From an uncultured Candidatus Binatia bacterium (GTDB lineage Bacteria > Desulfobacterota > Binatia > UBA9968 > JAJDTQ01), in NCBI GenBank assembly GCA_965213675.1, contig OZ243916.1:832001-896000 (forward strand): a stretch of 64,000 nt of DNA, read 5' to 3'. Each line of letters opens with the position of its first letter. Within the stretch, counting starts at the first letter, position 1. A program made the translations under genes and the position numbers. The notes under the pieces were generated by a model. That model worked only from the letters and a program-made list of their open reading frames with translations. It was not told the DNA's origin and ran no database searches. Below, in pieces: positions 7,971-17,395 of this stretch.

Positions 7971-9005
7971 ATGCGAGTACTGACGGCCGTGACCAAGGCA
8001 GGCGTTGTCCTGACACTCGCGCTGGGGCTCACCGGCACTGCCCACAGCGTCGAGGACTTTTACAAGGGCAAGACCCTCCGTTTCATAGTCGGCCATGCCC
8101 CCGGCGGGGGTTACGATGGCTATACCCGGATGGCCGCACGCCACATCAGCAAGCATTTTCCCGGCAACCCCACTCCGGTGGTGCAGAACATGGGTGGCGC
8201 GGGCGGGTTGGTCGCCGCCAACTACCTCTACAACAAGGTGAAACCGGATGGCTTGACCGTGGGGGTGTGGAACAATCTGTGGGTCGTGCACCAGGCGTTG
8301 GGCAGCCGGAGGGTCCAATTCAAGGGCCGGGAATTCGGCTGGATCGGCGCCCCGGTTTCGGGCTGGCCGAGCTGCGCGGTGATGGGCTTCACCGGCCTCA
8401 AGAGCTTCGCGGATCTCCTGGAGTCCGGCAAACCCCTCAAGGTGGGATCGCCCGGCGGCACGGGAACGACCCTGCCCACCATTCTCAACATGGTGTCCGG
8501 CAAGAAGCTCTTCGACATCATTCCCGGCTACACGGGCACGGCCCCGGTGCGGCTGGCCATGCAGGCCCGTGAGTTGGGCGGAATCTGCATGTCGTTCGAA
8601 TCCATGCGCGTGACCGCCCGGGCCATGCTCGACGCCGGCGGAGACGACAAGCTCATCCCCATCCTCGTTTACGGGAATCCTCCGGACAAGGAGGTCCGCA
8701 ACGTCCCGCGCTTGCGGGAACTGGTCAAGGGCGAGGAAAACGTGGCCATGCTCAACGCCTGGGCATTGCAGTACGAATTCCAGCGGCCGTTGACGCTGCC
8801 GCCGGGAACCCCCAAGGAGCGTGTGGCGGCCTGGCGCAAGGCTTATGCCGCGGCATTCCAGGACCCCGCCCTGATGGCCGACGCGAAAAAGTCCCGGCTT
8901 AATGTCGTGTTCGTGTCCGGGGAGCAGATCGACAAGCACGTGGACACGATTCTGTCCATGTCGGACGACACCAAGAAGCGTCTTCAGTGGATGTTGCCGA
9001 AGTAG
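7971..9005 (+). CDS. Tripartite tricarboxylate transporter substrate-binding protein (TctC/Bug family)
   Basis: Signal peptide (..TAHS|VEDFYKGK), IVGHAPGGGYDGYTR, VQNMGGAGGLVAANYLY, KPDGLT, PGYTG and PPGTP. Confidence 0.9.
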   Translation: MRVLTAVTKAGVVLTLALGLTGTAHSVEDFYKGKTLRFIVGHAPGGGYDGYTRMAARHISKHFPGNPTPVVQNMGGAGGLVAANYLYNKVKPDGLTVGVWNNLWVVHQALGSRRVQFKGREFGWIGAPVSGWPSCAVMGFTGLKSFADLLESGKPLKVGSPGGTGTTLPTILNMVSGKKLFDIIPGYTGTAPVRLAMQARELGGICMSFESMRVTARAMLDAGGDDKLIPILVYGNPPDKEVRNVPRLRELVKGEENVAMLNAWALQYEFQRPLTLPPGTPKERVAAWRKAYAAAFQDPALMADAKKSRLNVVFVSGEQIDKHVDTILSMSDDTKKRLQWMLPK

Positions 9006-9123
9006 ATTGCCATCCCACTGTGGTTTCCACGCCAAGCATCCGCCGCTGACGCCATCAACCGCCCCTTCCGGGGACCCTGGGCGCCCGGTCGGGGCGGTTT
9101 CGAGCCGGCGTCGCGACGGACGG

Positions 9124-9798
9124 CTACACCACTGCGACGGCGCGGCAGGGCGCGCCGTCGCCTCCCTCGATCTTGATGGGGAAGGCGATGAGCGTGAACG
9201 TGCGCTGGCGCACCTTGTGCAGGTTGGCCAGGTGCTCGATGAACGGGATGCCCTTGCCCAGAAAGGTCCGGTGCACGGGAAAGTCGCCCGGTCGGGGCGC
9301 GCCGCTCCCCTGCACCTGGTCCTGGGGCGAGTCGAGCGCCAGCGCCTTGATGCGTTTGGATACCAGCCAGCGAGCCAGCTCCGTCGTGATGAACGGGTTG
9401 TCGAAGTAGTACCTGGGGTCGCCGAACATCTTCCGGTTCCAGCCCGTGTGGAGCACCACGATCCTGCCCGTGAGACTCTCCTGTTCCTGAAAGCCCGGTG
9501 AGGCGCACACGTCGTCGATGGTGATGCCGGTGCGGGGCTTTACCTTGCGGCGCAGGTCCATCTTCACCGCCTCCCCCATGAAGCGCTCCAACGGCATTTG
9601 GTCTATGGTCTTGCCGCCGGGCACGAAGTGGAACGGCGGATCGCAGTGGGTGCCGGTGTGAATGCTGGCGTGCATTTCCGTGTTGGAGCGCCCGTGCGTC
9701 TCGTGGGTGTGGATTGGATGGAACGACAGCACCGGATGGCCCGGCACCACGGTGACGTTGGGGGTCAAGGGCAGGCTCAGGTCGATGAGCTTCGGCAT
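9124..9798 (-). CDS. Cyclase-family metal hydrolase (kynurenine formamidase-like)
   Basis: LIDLS, HTGTHCDPPFHF, IEHLANL and GGDGAPCRAVA. Confidence 0.9.
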   Translation of the reverse strand: MPKLIDLSLPLTPNVTVVPGHPVLSFHPIHTHETHGRSNTEMHASIHTGTHCDPPFHFVPGGKTIDQMPLERFMGEAVKMDLRRKVKPRTGITIDDVCASPGFQEQESLTGRIVVLHTGWNRKMFGDPRYYFDNPFITTELARWLVSKRIKALALDSPQDQVQGSGAPRPGDFPVHRTFLGKGIPFIEHLANLHKVRQRTFTLIAFPIKIEGGDGAPCRAVAVV

Positions 9799-9958
9799 GG
9801 TTGTCTCCTCGCGGCTTTCGGGTATGCCCGCGTCGTCTCCAACACGATGCCCGCGTCCCGGTCACATGAAGTGGGGCATGGGATGACGGGAGGACAGCAT
9901 GGGGCAGGCGCTGGCGTCGGCGGCACGTGCGCTCGCTCGATTCCGCGCGGATGGGCCG

Positions 9959-10927
9959 TCAGATCGGATGACGTTCCAGCCATGCCACGTACCCACGCAG
10001 CCCGCGCGCGATGTCGTATCGCGGCGTGAACCCCAGGTCTTCCCGCGCCCGCGTGATGGCCAGCGGTCCCCGCAGGCTGTCCCGGAAGAAGGATGACAGG
10101 GCTCCGCCCTGCCGAAGGCGGAAGCCGAATCCCGGGCGAATCCGCGCCAGGGTTGCAAGGATATCCGAGAACCGGAGATTCTCGCCGCAACTTGCGTTGT
10201 AGACGGGATACTTCAACCGTGGCTTGCGCAACGCCAGCACCACGCAGCGGGCGGCGTCCGCCACGTAGGTGAGGTCACGCTCCAGATCCTCCGACAGTTC
10301 CACCTCTTCACCGTTCAGCGCCGCGCGGCACCAGTCGAACACTGGCGACATGACGGTGCGCTGGGGATTGGGGCGTTCCAGCGGACCATAGGGCGCGGAG
10401 AGGCGCAGGATCACCCCGCTCATTCCGAACAATTCGAAATAACGGCGCACGATCTCTTCCGCGGCGCGCTTGGTGATGCCATAGACTCCGGTTGGCGCCA
10501 ACGGGGCATTTTCCTCCAGCGGCACGGACGGAGCCGTGGCGCCGTACACGCTGGCTGAGCTCAGGTGGATGAAACGCTGCACGCCATTGCGCCGTGCGGC
10601 TTCCAACACGGTGGCGGCGCCGCCCACGTTCACCAGCGCGGCCGAGCGCGCCTCCTCGGCCTCGAGGGCGCCGATGGCGGTCACCGCCGCGCCGTGGATG
10701 ACCCGGTCCACGGCGTGGTACGCCAGCACGTCGCACAGGGCCCCCAGGTCCAGGACATCGGCCTTGACGCAGGTCACCTTCGCCACCGCCCGGCCGAGGA
10801 AGTCCCGCGCCGCCTCGTCCAGCTGGCCTTCGGCGGAAAGCGCCACCACGCGCTCCCCCAGCGACGCCAACTGGGCGACGATGTGCGTCCCTACGAAACC
10901 CGTGCCGCCGGTTACCAGAACGCTCAT
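9959..10927 (-). CDS. NAD-dependent epimerase/dehydratase (extended SDR)
   Basis: VLVTGGTGFVG, SSASVYG, YGITK (YxxxK) and RDLTYVAD. Confidence 0.9.
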   Translation of the reverse strand: MSVLVTGGTGFVGTHIVAQLASLGERVVALSAEGQLDEAARDFLGRAVAKVTCVKADVLDLGALCDVLAYHAVDRVIHGAAVTAIGALEAEEARSAALVNVGGAATVLEAARRNGVQRFIHLSSASVYGATAPSVPLEENAPLAPTGVYGITKRAAEEIVRRYFELFGMSGVILRLSAPYGPLERPNPQRTVMSPVFDWCRAALNGEEVELSEDLERDLTYVADAARCVVLALRKPRLKYPVYNASCGENLRFSDILATLARIRPGFGFRLRQGGALSSFFRDSLRGPLAITRAREDLGFTPRYDIARGLRGYVAWLERHPI

Positions 10928-10933
10928 GTCGTC

Positions 10934-12475
10934 TCACTGCTCCCCTGCGGCCTGTCGCCCGGCGACCCGGCCCGTGATGAACGCCTCGGAGTTGTTGCCG
11001 GAGTTCAGGTAGAGGTGTCCGAAGACGCCGCCCATTTCGCCGGCGCAGTAAAGGCCGGGAATGGGGTTGCCGTGGGCGTCGAGCACACGCTGGTCCGCGT
11101 CATGGGCCAGGGCGCCCTGGGTGTTGGTGATAACCGGCCACACCTCCACGGCGTAGAACGGCGGCTTGAAGATGGGGAACAAGCTTCCCTTGAAGCGGCG
11201 GAAATCGGTGTCCTCTTCTCCCTCGCAGATCGCGTTCCAGCGCGCCACCGTGGCCGCCAGGTTGGCCTCGGGCACACCGATGGTTCGCGCCAGCGCCTCG
11301 ATGGTGGGAGCCTGCCGGATCCAGCCCTTGGCCAACTCCGCGCTGTTGTCGACGCTCCAGTCGTAGCGCCGGCTCGGATGGTCGCTGATGGGGGTGAACA
11401 ACGGCCCGGTGATGCGCCCGTTCTCGTCCAGGATCATGTACGACGGAATGCGTGGAAAGTCCTTGATGTGCACGTCGTAGACGCTCATGTCGCGCCAGGG
11501 GCTGTCCTGGGGCGCGGGCGGGTATTCGTCCATGTAGCGCTTGCCGAAGCGGTCCACCACGATCCAGGGCATGATCTTGGGCCCCTCGTCGCCGCTCTTG
11601 AGCGAGAACTCCTCCCCGGGCTTGGGCAGGTGATTGGCGCCGTGCCGCCCCTGTATGCGGTGGCGGAAGGCGATGGGGAACTCGGGCGTCTTGAAGCCGT
11701 AGCCCCCGTGCACGTGCCACATGTGCCAAAGGCCGGCGCCGGCCTTCTGCCCCATGCGCAGCCCATCGCCGGTGTTGCCCAGCGCGCAGATGGCGTGGAA
11801 CGGTTGCGCCTGAAGGTACTGGAGACGCATGGCCTCGTTGTGCTCGAACCCTCCAGCCGCCAGCACGACGCCCTTGCGCGCCCGGATGCGCACGCGCGCG
11901 CCGTCCCGCTCGGCAACGACGCCCGCCACCCTTCCCTGTCCGTCCCCCACCAACTCGCACACCGGCGTGGACAGGGACACGTCGATGTTTCGCTTGCGCA
12001 CGTTGTCGTCCACCACCTTGAACGCGATCCAGCCGGTTCCGTGAACCTGGAGCCACGGGTAACACTGCGCTTCCTCGCTCTTCACCGCCAACAGGCCGAT
12101 GGCGTCGCCCGGCGGACCGCCGTCGAAACGATAGGTGCCGCCGGTGCCGGGACGCTCCTGCACTTCGATGCCGCTGCCGTCGGTCAATTCCCTCATGAAG
12201 CCGGAGAGATTTCGCAGTTCCCTCGCAAAGGCGTGGATCACGGCATCTGGAACGGTGTTGAGGCACATGCGCTTGAGATACGCGAAGGCCTTTTCCACGT
12301 CGTCGGTGATGCGGAAGAATCCGCCGGAGAGAATGGAATTGCCGCCTGGGTGCGTCATCTTCTCCAGCAGCAGCGTGCGTGCGCCGTGGTCGTGGGCGAC
12401 GATGGCGGCCACCCCGCCCGAGTATCCGTATCCCACCACGACGACATCGGTTTCCTGATCCCAGGACGTGTTCAT
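10934..12475 (-). CDS. FAD-dependent oxidoreductase (FAD_binding_2; fumarate reductase / ketosteroid dehydrogenase-like), paralog 2
   Basis: DVVVVGYGYSG, GGNSILSGG, KGVVLAAGGFEHN, NTGDG, NTQG and IPGLYCAGE. Confidence 0.9.
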   Translation of the reverse strand: MNTSWDQETDVVVVGYGYSGGVAAIVAHDHGARTLLLEKMTHPGGNSILSGGFFRITDDVEKAFAYLKRMCLNTVPDAVIHAFARELRNLSGFMRELTDGSGIEVQERPGTGGTYRFDGGPPGDAIGLLAVKSEEAQCYPWLQVHGTGWIAFKVVDDNVRKRNIDVSLSTPVCELVGDGQGRVAGVVAERDGARVRIRARKGVVLAAGGFEHNEAMRLQYLQAQPFHAICALGNTGDGLRMGQKAGAGLWHMWHVHGGYGFKTPEFPIAFRHRIQGRHGANHLPKPGEEFSLKSGDEGPKIMPWIVVDRFGKRYMDEYPPAPQDSPWRDMSVYDVHIKDFPRIPSYMILDENGRITGPLFTPISDHPSRRYDWSVDNSAELAKGWIRQAPTIEALARTIGVPEANLAATVARWNAICEGEEDTDFRRFKGSLFPIFKPPFYAVEVWPVITNTQGALAHDADQRVLDAHGNPIPGLYCAGEMGGVFGHLYLNSGNNSEAFITGRVAGRQAAGEQ

Positions 12476-12497
12476 GCGCTCCCCGTGCGTGTGCCCG

Positions 12498-14552
12498 TCA
12501 CGCCAGGCCCAACCAGTCGAAGAGCGCGCCGGGCGGGAACGGCAGGTGCAACCCGTAGTCGAACAGGCCGTAGAAGAAGACCCAGGCCAGCGCCGCCAGC
12601 GCGGTGCTGATGCCCCACCGCTCGCCGGCGCCGAACTTGAGATACAGCAGTGTCGCCACGGCTGACGCCACCACGAATCCAAGGAGCCAGATGGCGAGGA
12701 AGAAGCCCACGCTCCAGGCGATGATCACTCCTGTGCGCCGGGCCGTCTCAGCGCGCTCCGCCGCCGCGGCAGTGCCTTCCGGAACCGGCTCCGGCGCGGC
12801 GCGGCGCGCTTCCTGGAACAGCGCCACCAGCGCCAGCAGCAAGCTCGGTATCCCTACCCATGTGGGGAAGAGCGCCGCGTTGCTTTCGATGGCGCCAAAC
12901 CCGAAGATGGCCTCGTAAAGCACGTAGACGAAGAGCGCCGCAAAGAACCCCGCAAACAGCACCCGTGCGGAGCGCGAGGTTGCCGCGGCCGGCTCCGATC
13001 CAGGCCCGGCGGCAGTGTCGGGTACGTCTCCGGCCTCGGCTCGCTGGCGGCGGCTCTGCCACAGGGGATACAACAGCGCCAGCGCGATCAGGAGCCCGAT
13101 GATGAGGACGCCGGGGCGCGTCATCCATTCGGCGCCGTAAATGCGGGTGGTGTGGAACAGGTTCTTGTCGGCGATGCCCCCGAGCACGAGGCCCAGCAGC
13201 AACGGCGGCCGCTGCCAGTCGTAGCGCACCATCAGCCAGCCCAGGGCGCCGAACAACAGCACCACGATCATGTCGCCCAGGCTGTTTTTCACCGCGAAAC
13301 CGCCCAGGAAAATGAGCAGCAGCAGGAACGGGATGAGATAGGTGCCCTTGACGAAGGTGATGCGCGCCAACTGCTTGAGGAACAGCAAGCTGACGGCCAC
13401 GGTGATGATGTTGGACAGAACGATGATCCAGACGAAGGAGAAGGTCAGGGTGAGGTGCTTGTGGGGGTTCAGCAGATCCGGTCCGGGCACGATCCCCTGA
13501 ATGATGAAGGCCCCCAGGAGGATCGCCATGCCGACGCTGCCCGGCACACCGAAGGCGATGGTGGGCACCAGCGAGCCGCCTTCCTTGGAGTTGTTGGCGG
13601 CGCCGGGACCCAGCACTCCTTCCACCGCACCTTCGCCAAAGCGCGTTTGACTGCCGCCCTGCACCGCGTGGGCGTAGGCGACCCACTGGGCCGGTCCGCC
13701 GCCGAGACCGGGAATGAGCCCGATATAGGTGCCGATGGCGCTGCACCGGAGCACCAGCTTCCAATGCCGGAAGGTGTCCCGTATCCCTTCCGCCACCCCG
13801 CCCAGCCGGTTCGGCGCGTCACGGGCAATACTGCTCCGCTGAACACCCAGCTCGATGATCTCCGGGATGGCGAAAAGGCCCACGGTCACCGCCACCAGGG
13901 ACAACCCGTCCCACAGAAACAGCGCGTTCTGGCTGCCGAGCAGCGGCTCCAGCGTGTAGCGGGACACGCTGGTGATCTTGTCGAGCCCCACCATCGCCAG
14001 CACCAGACCGAAGCCCCCCGCGGTCAGCCCCTTGGCGAGGTTGCCGCCGCTCAGGGAGGCCAGAAAGGTGATGCCCAGGATGCTCAGCATCAGGAATTCG
14101 GGCGCGCCGATGGAGAGCACCAGAGGCTGGACGATGGGAATGGCCAGGGCCAGCGCGAAGGCGCCGAAGATGGCGCCCACCAGCGAACTCATGAGCGCCG
14201 CGCCCAGGGCCCGGCCCGCCTCGCCGTTCTTGGCCATGGCGTGGCCGTCGACGATGGTGGCGGCGGTGATGCCCTCGCCCGGCACGCCGAAGAGCACCGA
14301 GGTGATGTCTCCGGTGGTGGCGGTCACCGCGTGGCTCCCGAGCAGAAACGCGAAGGCCGTCACCGGGTCCATGGTGTAGATGAACGGCAGCATCAGGGCC
14401 AGCGTCGTGGCCCCGCCCAGCCCGGGCAGGATCCCCACCGCGAAGCCGATGGCGATGCCCACCATCATGAACACGAAGGGATCCTGTCCCGCCGCGGTGA
14501 ACGGCAGCACGGCCGTCAGACCGGCGAACAGGGAGCCGAAATAATCAAGCAT
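12498..14552 (-). CDS. Tripartite tricarboxylate transporter permease, TctA-TctB fusion
   Basis: TctA motifs (GILPGLG, GVPG..TAATIVDG, GEAGRALG, AANNS..GGSLVPT.AFGVPG) plus a C-terminal ~160-aa four-TM TctB-like domain ending LPFPPG. Confidence 0.88.
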   Translation of the reverse strand: MLDYFGSLFAGLTAVLPFTAAGQDPFVFMMVGIAIGFAVGILPGLGGATTLALMLPFIYTMDPVTAFAFLLGSHAVTATTGDITSVLFGVPGEGITAATIVDGHAMAKNGEAGRALGAALMSSLVGAIFGAFALALAIPIVQPLVLSIGAPEFLMLSILGITFLASLSGGNLAKGLTAGGFGLVLAMVGLDKITSVSRYTLEPLLGSQNALFLWDGLSLVAVTVGLFAIPEIIELGVQRSSIARDAPNRLGGVAEGIRDTFRHWKLVLRCSAIGTYIGLIPGLGGGPAQWVAYAHAVQGGSQTRFGEGAVEGVLGPGAANNSKEGGSLVPTIAFGVPGSVGMAILLGAFIIQGIVPGPDLLNPHKHLTLTFSFVWIIVLSNIITVAVSLLFLKQLARITFVKGTYLIPFLLLLIFLGGFAVKNSLGDMIVVLLFGALGWLMVRYDWQRPPLLLGLVLGGIADKNLFHTTRIYGAEWMTRPGVLIIGLLIALALLYPLWQSRRQRAEAGDVPDTAAGPGSEPAAATSRSARVLFAGFFAALFVYVLYEAIFGFGAIESNAALFPTWVGIPSLLLALVALFQEARRAAPEPVPEGTAAAAERAETARRTGVIIAWSVGFFLAIWLLGFVVASAVATLLYLKFGAGERWGISTALAALAWVFFYGLFDYGLHLPFPPGALFDWLGLA

Positions 14553-14572
14553 GGCTCAACGGCCTTGAGTCC

Positions 14573-16081
14573 TCACCAATCTTCCAGCGCCGCGGCGTTG
14601 CGGCCGGCGATGCGGCCGGTGACGAAACACTCGGTGATGTTGCCGGCTTCCAGGTAGAGGTGGCCGAAGGACGAGCCGCACTCGCCCGCGGAGAAGAGCC
14701 GCGGGATGGGATCGTCGCGCGTGTCCATCACGTGCTGTTCGGCGTCGTGCACCGGGCCGCCCTGGGTGTTGGAAACGATGGGCCACACCTCCATCAGGTA
14801 GAAGGGCGGCGTGTCGATGGTCAGGCGCGTGCCCGGGACCCGGTGGTAGCGGTCCTCGCCGCCGCTGGCGCACACCGCGTTCCATTCCGCCACCGTGGCC
14901 GTGAGCGTGGCCGCGTCCGTGGCCGGGATCATGGCGGCGATGGCGTCGAGACTGTCCGCCTTCCTGATCCAGCCGCGCTCCACCTCGGCCAGGTTGTCCT
15001 CGCTCCAGTCGTAGGAGACGTGTTCGTCGTGCACCGTGGGCTGGCCCACCGGGCCGAGCCGGCGTCCCTTTTCGTCGAACACCAGATAGGCGGGAATCCG
15101 CGGGAACTCCTGTTTGTCGGCGTCGTAGAACTCCAGCGCCCGGTGGCCCGTGTCCTGCACCGCCGGCGGATACTCGTTCATGAACCGGCGGCCGTACTTG
15201 TCCACGGCGATCCAGGGCATCACCCAGTCGTCCTTGCGCGGCCCCCGGAAACAGTGGCGAAAGGCCAGCGGGAACTCCGGATACTTGAAGCCGTAGCTGC
15301 CGTGGAAGTGCCACATGTGCCACAGCGACGCGCCCACGTCCTGGGCCATCTTGATGCCGTCGCCGGTGTTGCCGGTGAACAGCGTGTAGACGGGCATGGC
15401 CTCGAAGTAGTTGCGCTTCATCTCCTCGTTGTTCTCGAAACCGCCGCACGCCAGGATCACGCCCTTGCGCGCCTTGATGGCGATCTCTTCTCCCTGGTGC
15501 TCCGCCAGCATTCCGACGATCCCTTGCTCCGGATGACGGATGAGACGCTGGGCCGGGGTCGCCAGCCGCACCGAGATATTGCGCCGCGCCTCGACGTTAT
15601 CCAACAGCACCTTGAACAGGCGCGCGCCGCCGCGCAGGCCCTTGGCGTACTGGAAGCCCTCGTAGCCCTCCATGGGCGCGATCTTGAAGCCGTCCAGGCC
15701 GGCGCCCCCCGGGAACGGATAGGTGCCGCCGTTGCGCTGTTCCTCCAGCTCGAAGGGGGTCTCCTTCACGAGGTCCTTGACGAACTCCTTCATCTCCGTC
15801 ATGCCCTTGGCCAAGGCGCGCAGCACGTCGTCCGGAGTACGCCCCGCGTTGGTGTGCTGGAGGTATTCGAACGCATCGTCCTCGTCCATGGCGGTGGCGA
15901 TGCCGCCGCCCGCGAGGATCGAGATGCCGCCCGGGTTGGGCATTTTCTCCACAAGGGTCACCTCGGCGCCGGAATCCGCCGCGGCCACGGCCGATACCCC
16001 GCCGGCGAAACCGAAGCCCACGACGATGACATCCGTTTCGACGTCCCAGCGGGCGGGAAGCCCGTTATCATAACTATCCAC
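14573..16081 (-). CDS. FAD-dependent oxidoreductase (FAD_binding_2), paralog 1
   Basis: DVIVVGFGFAG, GGISILAGG, KGVILACGGFENN, NTGDG and NTQGG. GTG start after AGGAGAGG. Confidence 0.9.
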   Translation of the reverse strand: MDSYDNGLPARWDVETDVIVVGFGFAGGVSAVAAADSGAEVTLVEKMPNPGGISILAGGGIATAMDEDDAFEYLQHTNAGRTPDDVLRALAKGMTEMKEFVKDLVKETPFELEEQRNGGTYPFPGGAGLDGFKIAPMEGYEGFQYAKGLRGGARLFKVLLDNVEARRNISVRLATPAQRLIRHPEQGIVGMLAEHQGEEIAIKARKGVILACGGFENNEEMKRNYFEAMPVYTLFTGNTGDGIKMAQDVGASLWHMWHFHGSYGFKYPEFPLAFRHCFRGPRKDDWVMPWIAVDKYGRRFMNEYPPAVQDTGHRALEFYDADKQEFPRIPAYLVFDEKGRRLGPVGQPTVHDEHVSYDWSEDNLAEVERGWIRKADSLDAIAAMIPATDAATLTATVAEWNAVCASGGEDRYHRVPGTRLTIDTPPFYLMEVWPIVSNTQGGPVHDAEQHVMDTRDDPIPRLFSAGECGSSFGHLYLEAGNITECFVTGRIAGRNAAALEDW

Positions 16082-16136
16082 GATACCTCTCCTTCCTTGA
16101 ATGGCGTCCTTGAAATCCGCTCCGCGGCGTTATTCA

Positions 16137-17258
16137 TCAGAGCGGGCGGCCGGGCAGCACCACCTCGGCTTCGCCGCGGGTGTTCGCCATGCCGTCCTGT
16201 CGGGTGCCGGTGATTTCCAGGGTCACGGTTCTCGTTGCGTCGTCCCGGGCCGTCACGCGGCCGGCATATGTGGTCAGGTCGCCGTAGAGGCCGGGACGCA
16301 CCACCTGGACCTTCAGACGCTTCAGGAAACCGTCGTCGCCCATCCAGTTGGTCACCAGCGGCGCCACCCAGGCGAAGCGCATCACGCCGTTGTCGAAGGG
16401 CGCAGGCATGCCGCGCCCGGCGGCCATGTTGGCGTCCTCGTGCTGCTGGGAATACTTCACCGGAAAGCCCGTCACCGGGTTGAACATGGCGGTGTGCATG
16501 GCCTTGCTGAGGTCCAGGTAGCCCCAGCGTCCGGCCTTGTAGGACGGACCGATGGCCGCGTTCCACGCCACCATGTCGCCGATGGTGAGGGGGCCGCGCA
16601 AGATCGGCGGGATCTCGCTGCCAACCGCTGCGTCTTCGTAGTGCAGGGTGTCCGCGCCGCGGCGGTGTTCGCGCCGCCACGTGCTCTCCAGCCGTTCCAG
16701 AGCGCCCTGGTCGTAGTGCGGCGCCTTGTGCTCCATCATGGTCTGGAGGCCGATCTGGGTGGCCATGATCATGGTGCCGGTGGCCCGGGCCACCAGAGCG
16801 TTTTCCTGATTGTGGTAGTCGATGCCGGAGATGACGAAGTTGAGCCGCCGCCCTTCCTTGTTGCGCTTTTCGTAGAACTCCTTCTGGCGCGGTTCGGAGT
16901 TCAGCGTGTCGCCGGCGAACACGCGGCCGAACCATTCCATTTCCACGCCGCCGATGAGGGACGCCAGGGGCGCCTTCATGGGCGCGCCGTGCAGGATGGG
17001 ATAGCGGTTCACGATCACGAATGCCGGAGGCGCCTGAGTTCTCCCCGGCCCCGCCCCGGCGGCGTAGTCCGGGTCGATCCACAGGGGATTGTCGTCGTCG
17101 GTGCCGTAGGCATAGTGCTTGATGGCGTCTTCGGTGACGGCGCTGACCCAAGGCTGGCGTTCCTCGACGATCTTTCCCGTCATCTCCTCCGTCACGGCCT
17201 TCCACGCGTCGATGGCCGCATCCACCTGCGCCATGTCCACCTGCTGCTCCCCTTGCAT
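16137..17258 (-). CDS. Double hot-dog MaoC-like acyl-CoA (de)hydratase
   Basis: N-domain IKHYAYGTDDDNPLW...APP...EW...GDTL. C-domain (QHED..AAGRGMPAPFDNG) with hydratase-2-like residues. Confidence 0.8.
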   Translation of the reverse strand: MQGEQQVDMAQVDAAIDAWKAVTEEMTGKIVEERQPWVSAVTEDAIKHYAYGTDDDNPLWIDPDYAAGAGPGRTQAPPAFVIVNRYPILHGAPMKAPLASLIGGVEMEWFGRVFAGDTLNSEPRQKEFYEKRNKEGRRLNFVISGIDYHNQENALVARATGTMIMATQIGLQTMMEHKAPHYDQGALERLESTWRREHRRGADTLHYEDAAVGSEIPPILRGPLTIGDMVAWNAAIGPSYKAGRWGYLDLSKAMHTAMFNPVTGFPVKYSQQHEDANMAAGRGMPAPFDNGVMRFAWVAPLVTNWMGDDGFLKRLKVQVVRPGLYGDLTTYAGRVTARDDATRTVTLEITGTRQDGMANTRGEAEVVLPGRPL

Positions 17259-17395
17259 GAAGTCTCCCTCGTTGAAACGGTGATGAACCTACCAGTTGCG
17301 AGGCATCCACACCCGGCGACCGTCCTCGGCCTTCTTCGGCCGGCCCCTCTCCCACCCGCGAGCCGTCAACGGCTACCCGCCGACTCGTCTTCGCG

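Noticed and set aside
9124-9798. Cyclase plus HAO-like gene as a complete kynurenine pathway
   Set aside because: They are about 36 kb apart, and there is no tryptophan dioxygenase, kynureninase or kynurenine monooxygenase in the window.
10565-12610. Long opposite-strand or alternate-frame ORFs (e.g. 10565-12610, 13152-14657, 38371-40539, 18851-20461)
   Set aside because: They shadow well-supported genes, have no motifs, and are expected in high-GC DNA.
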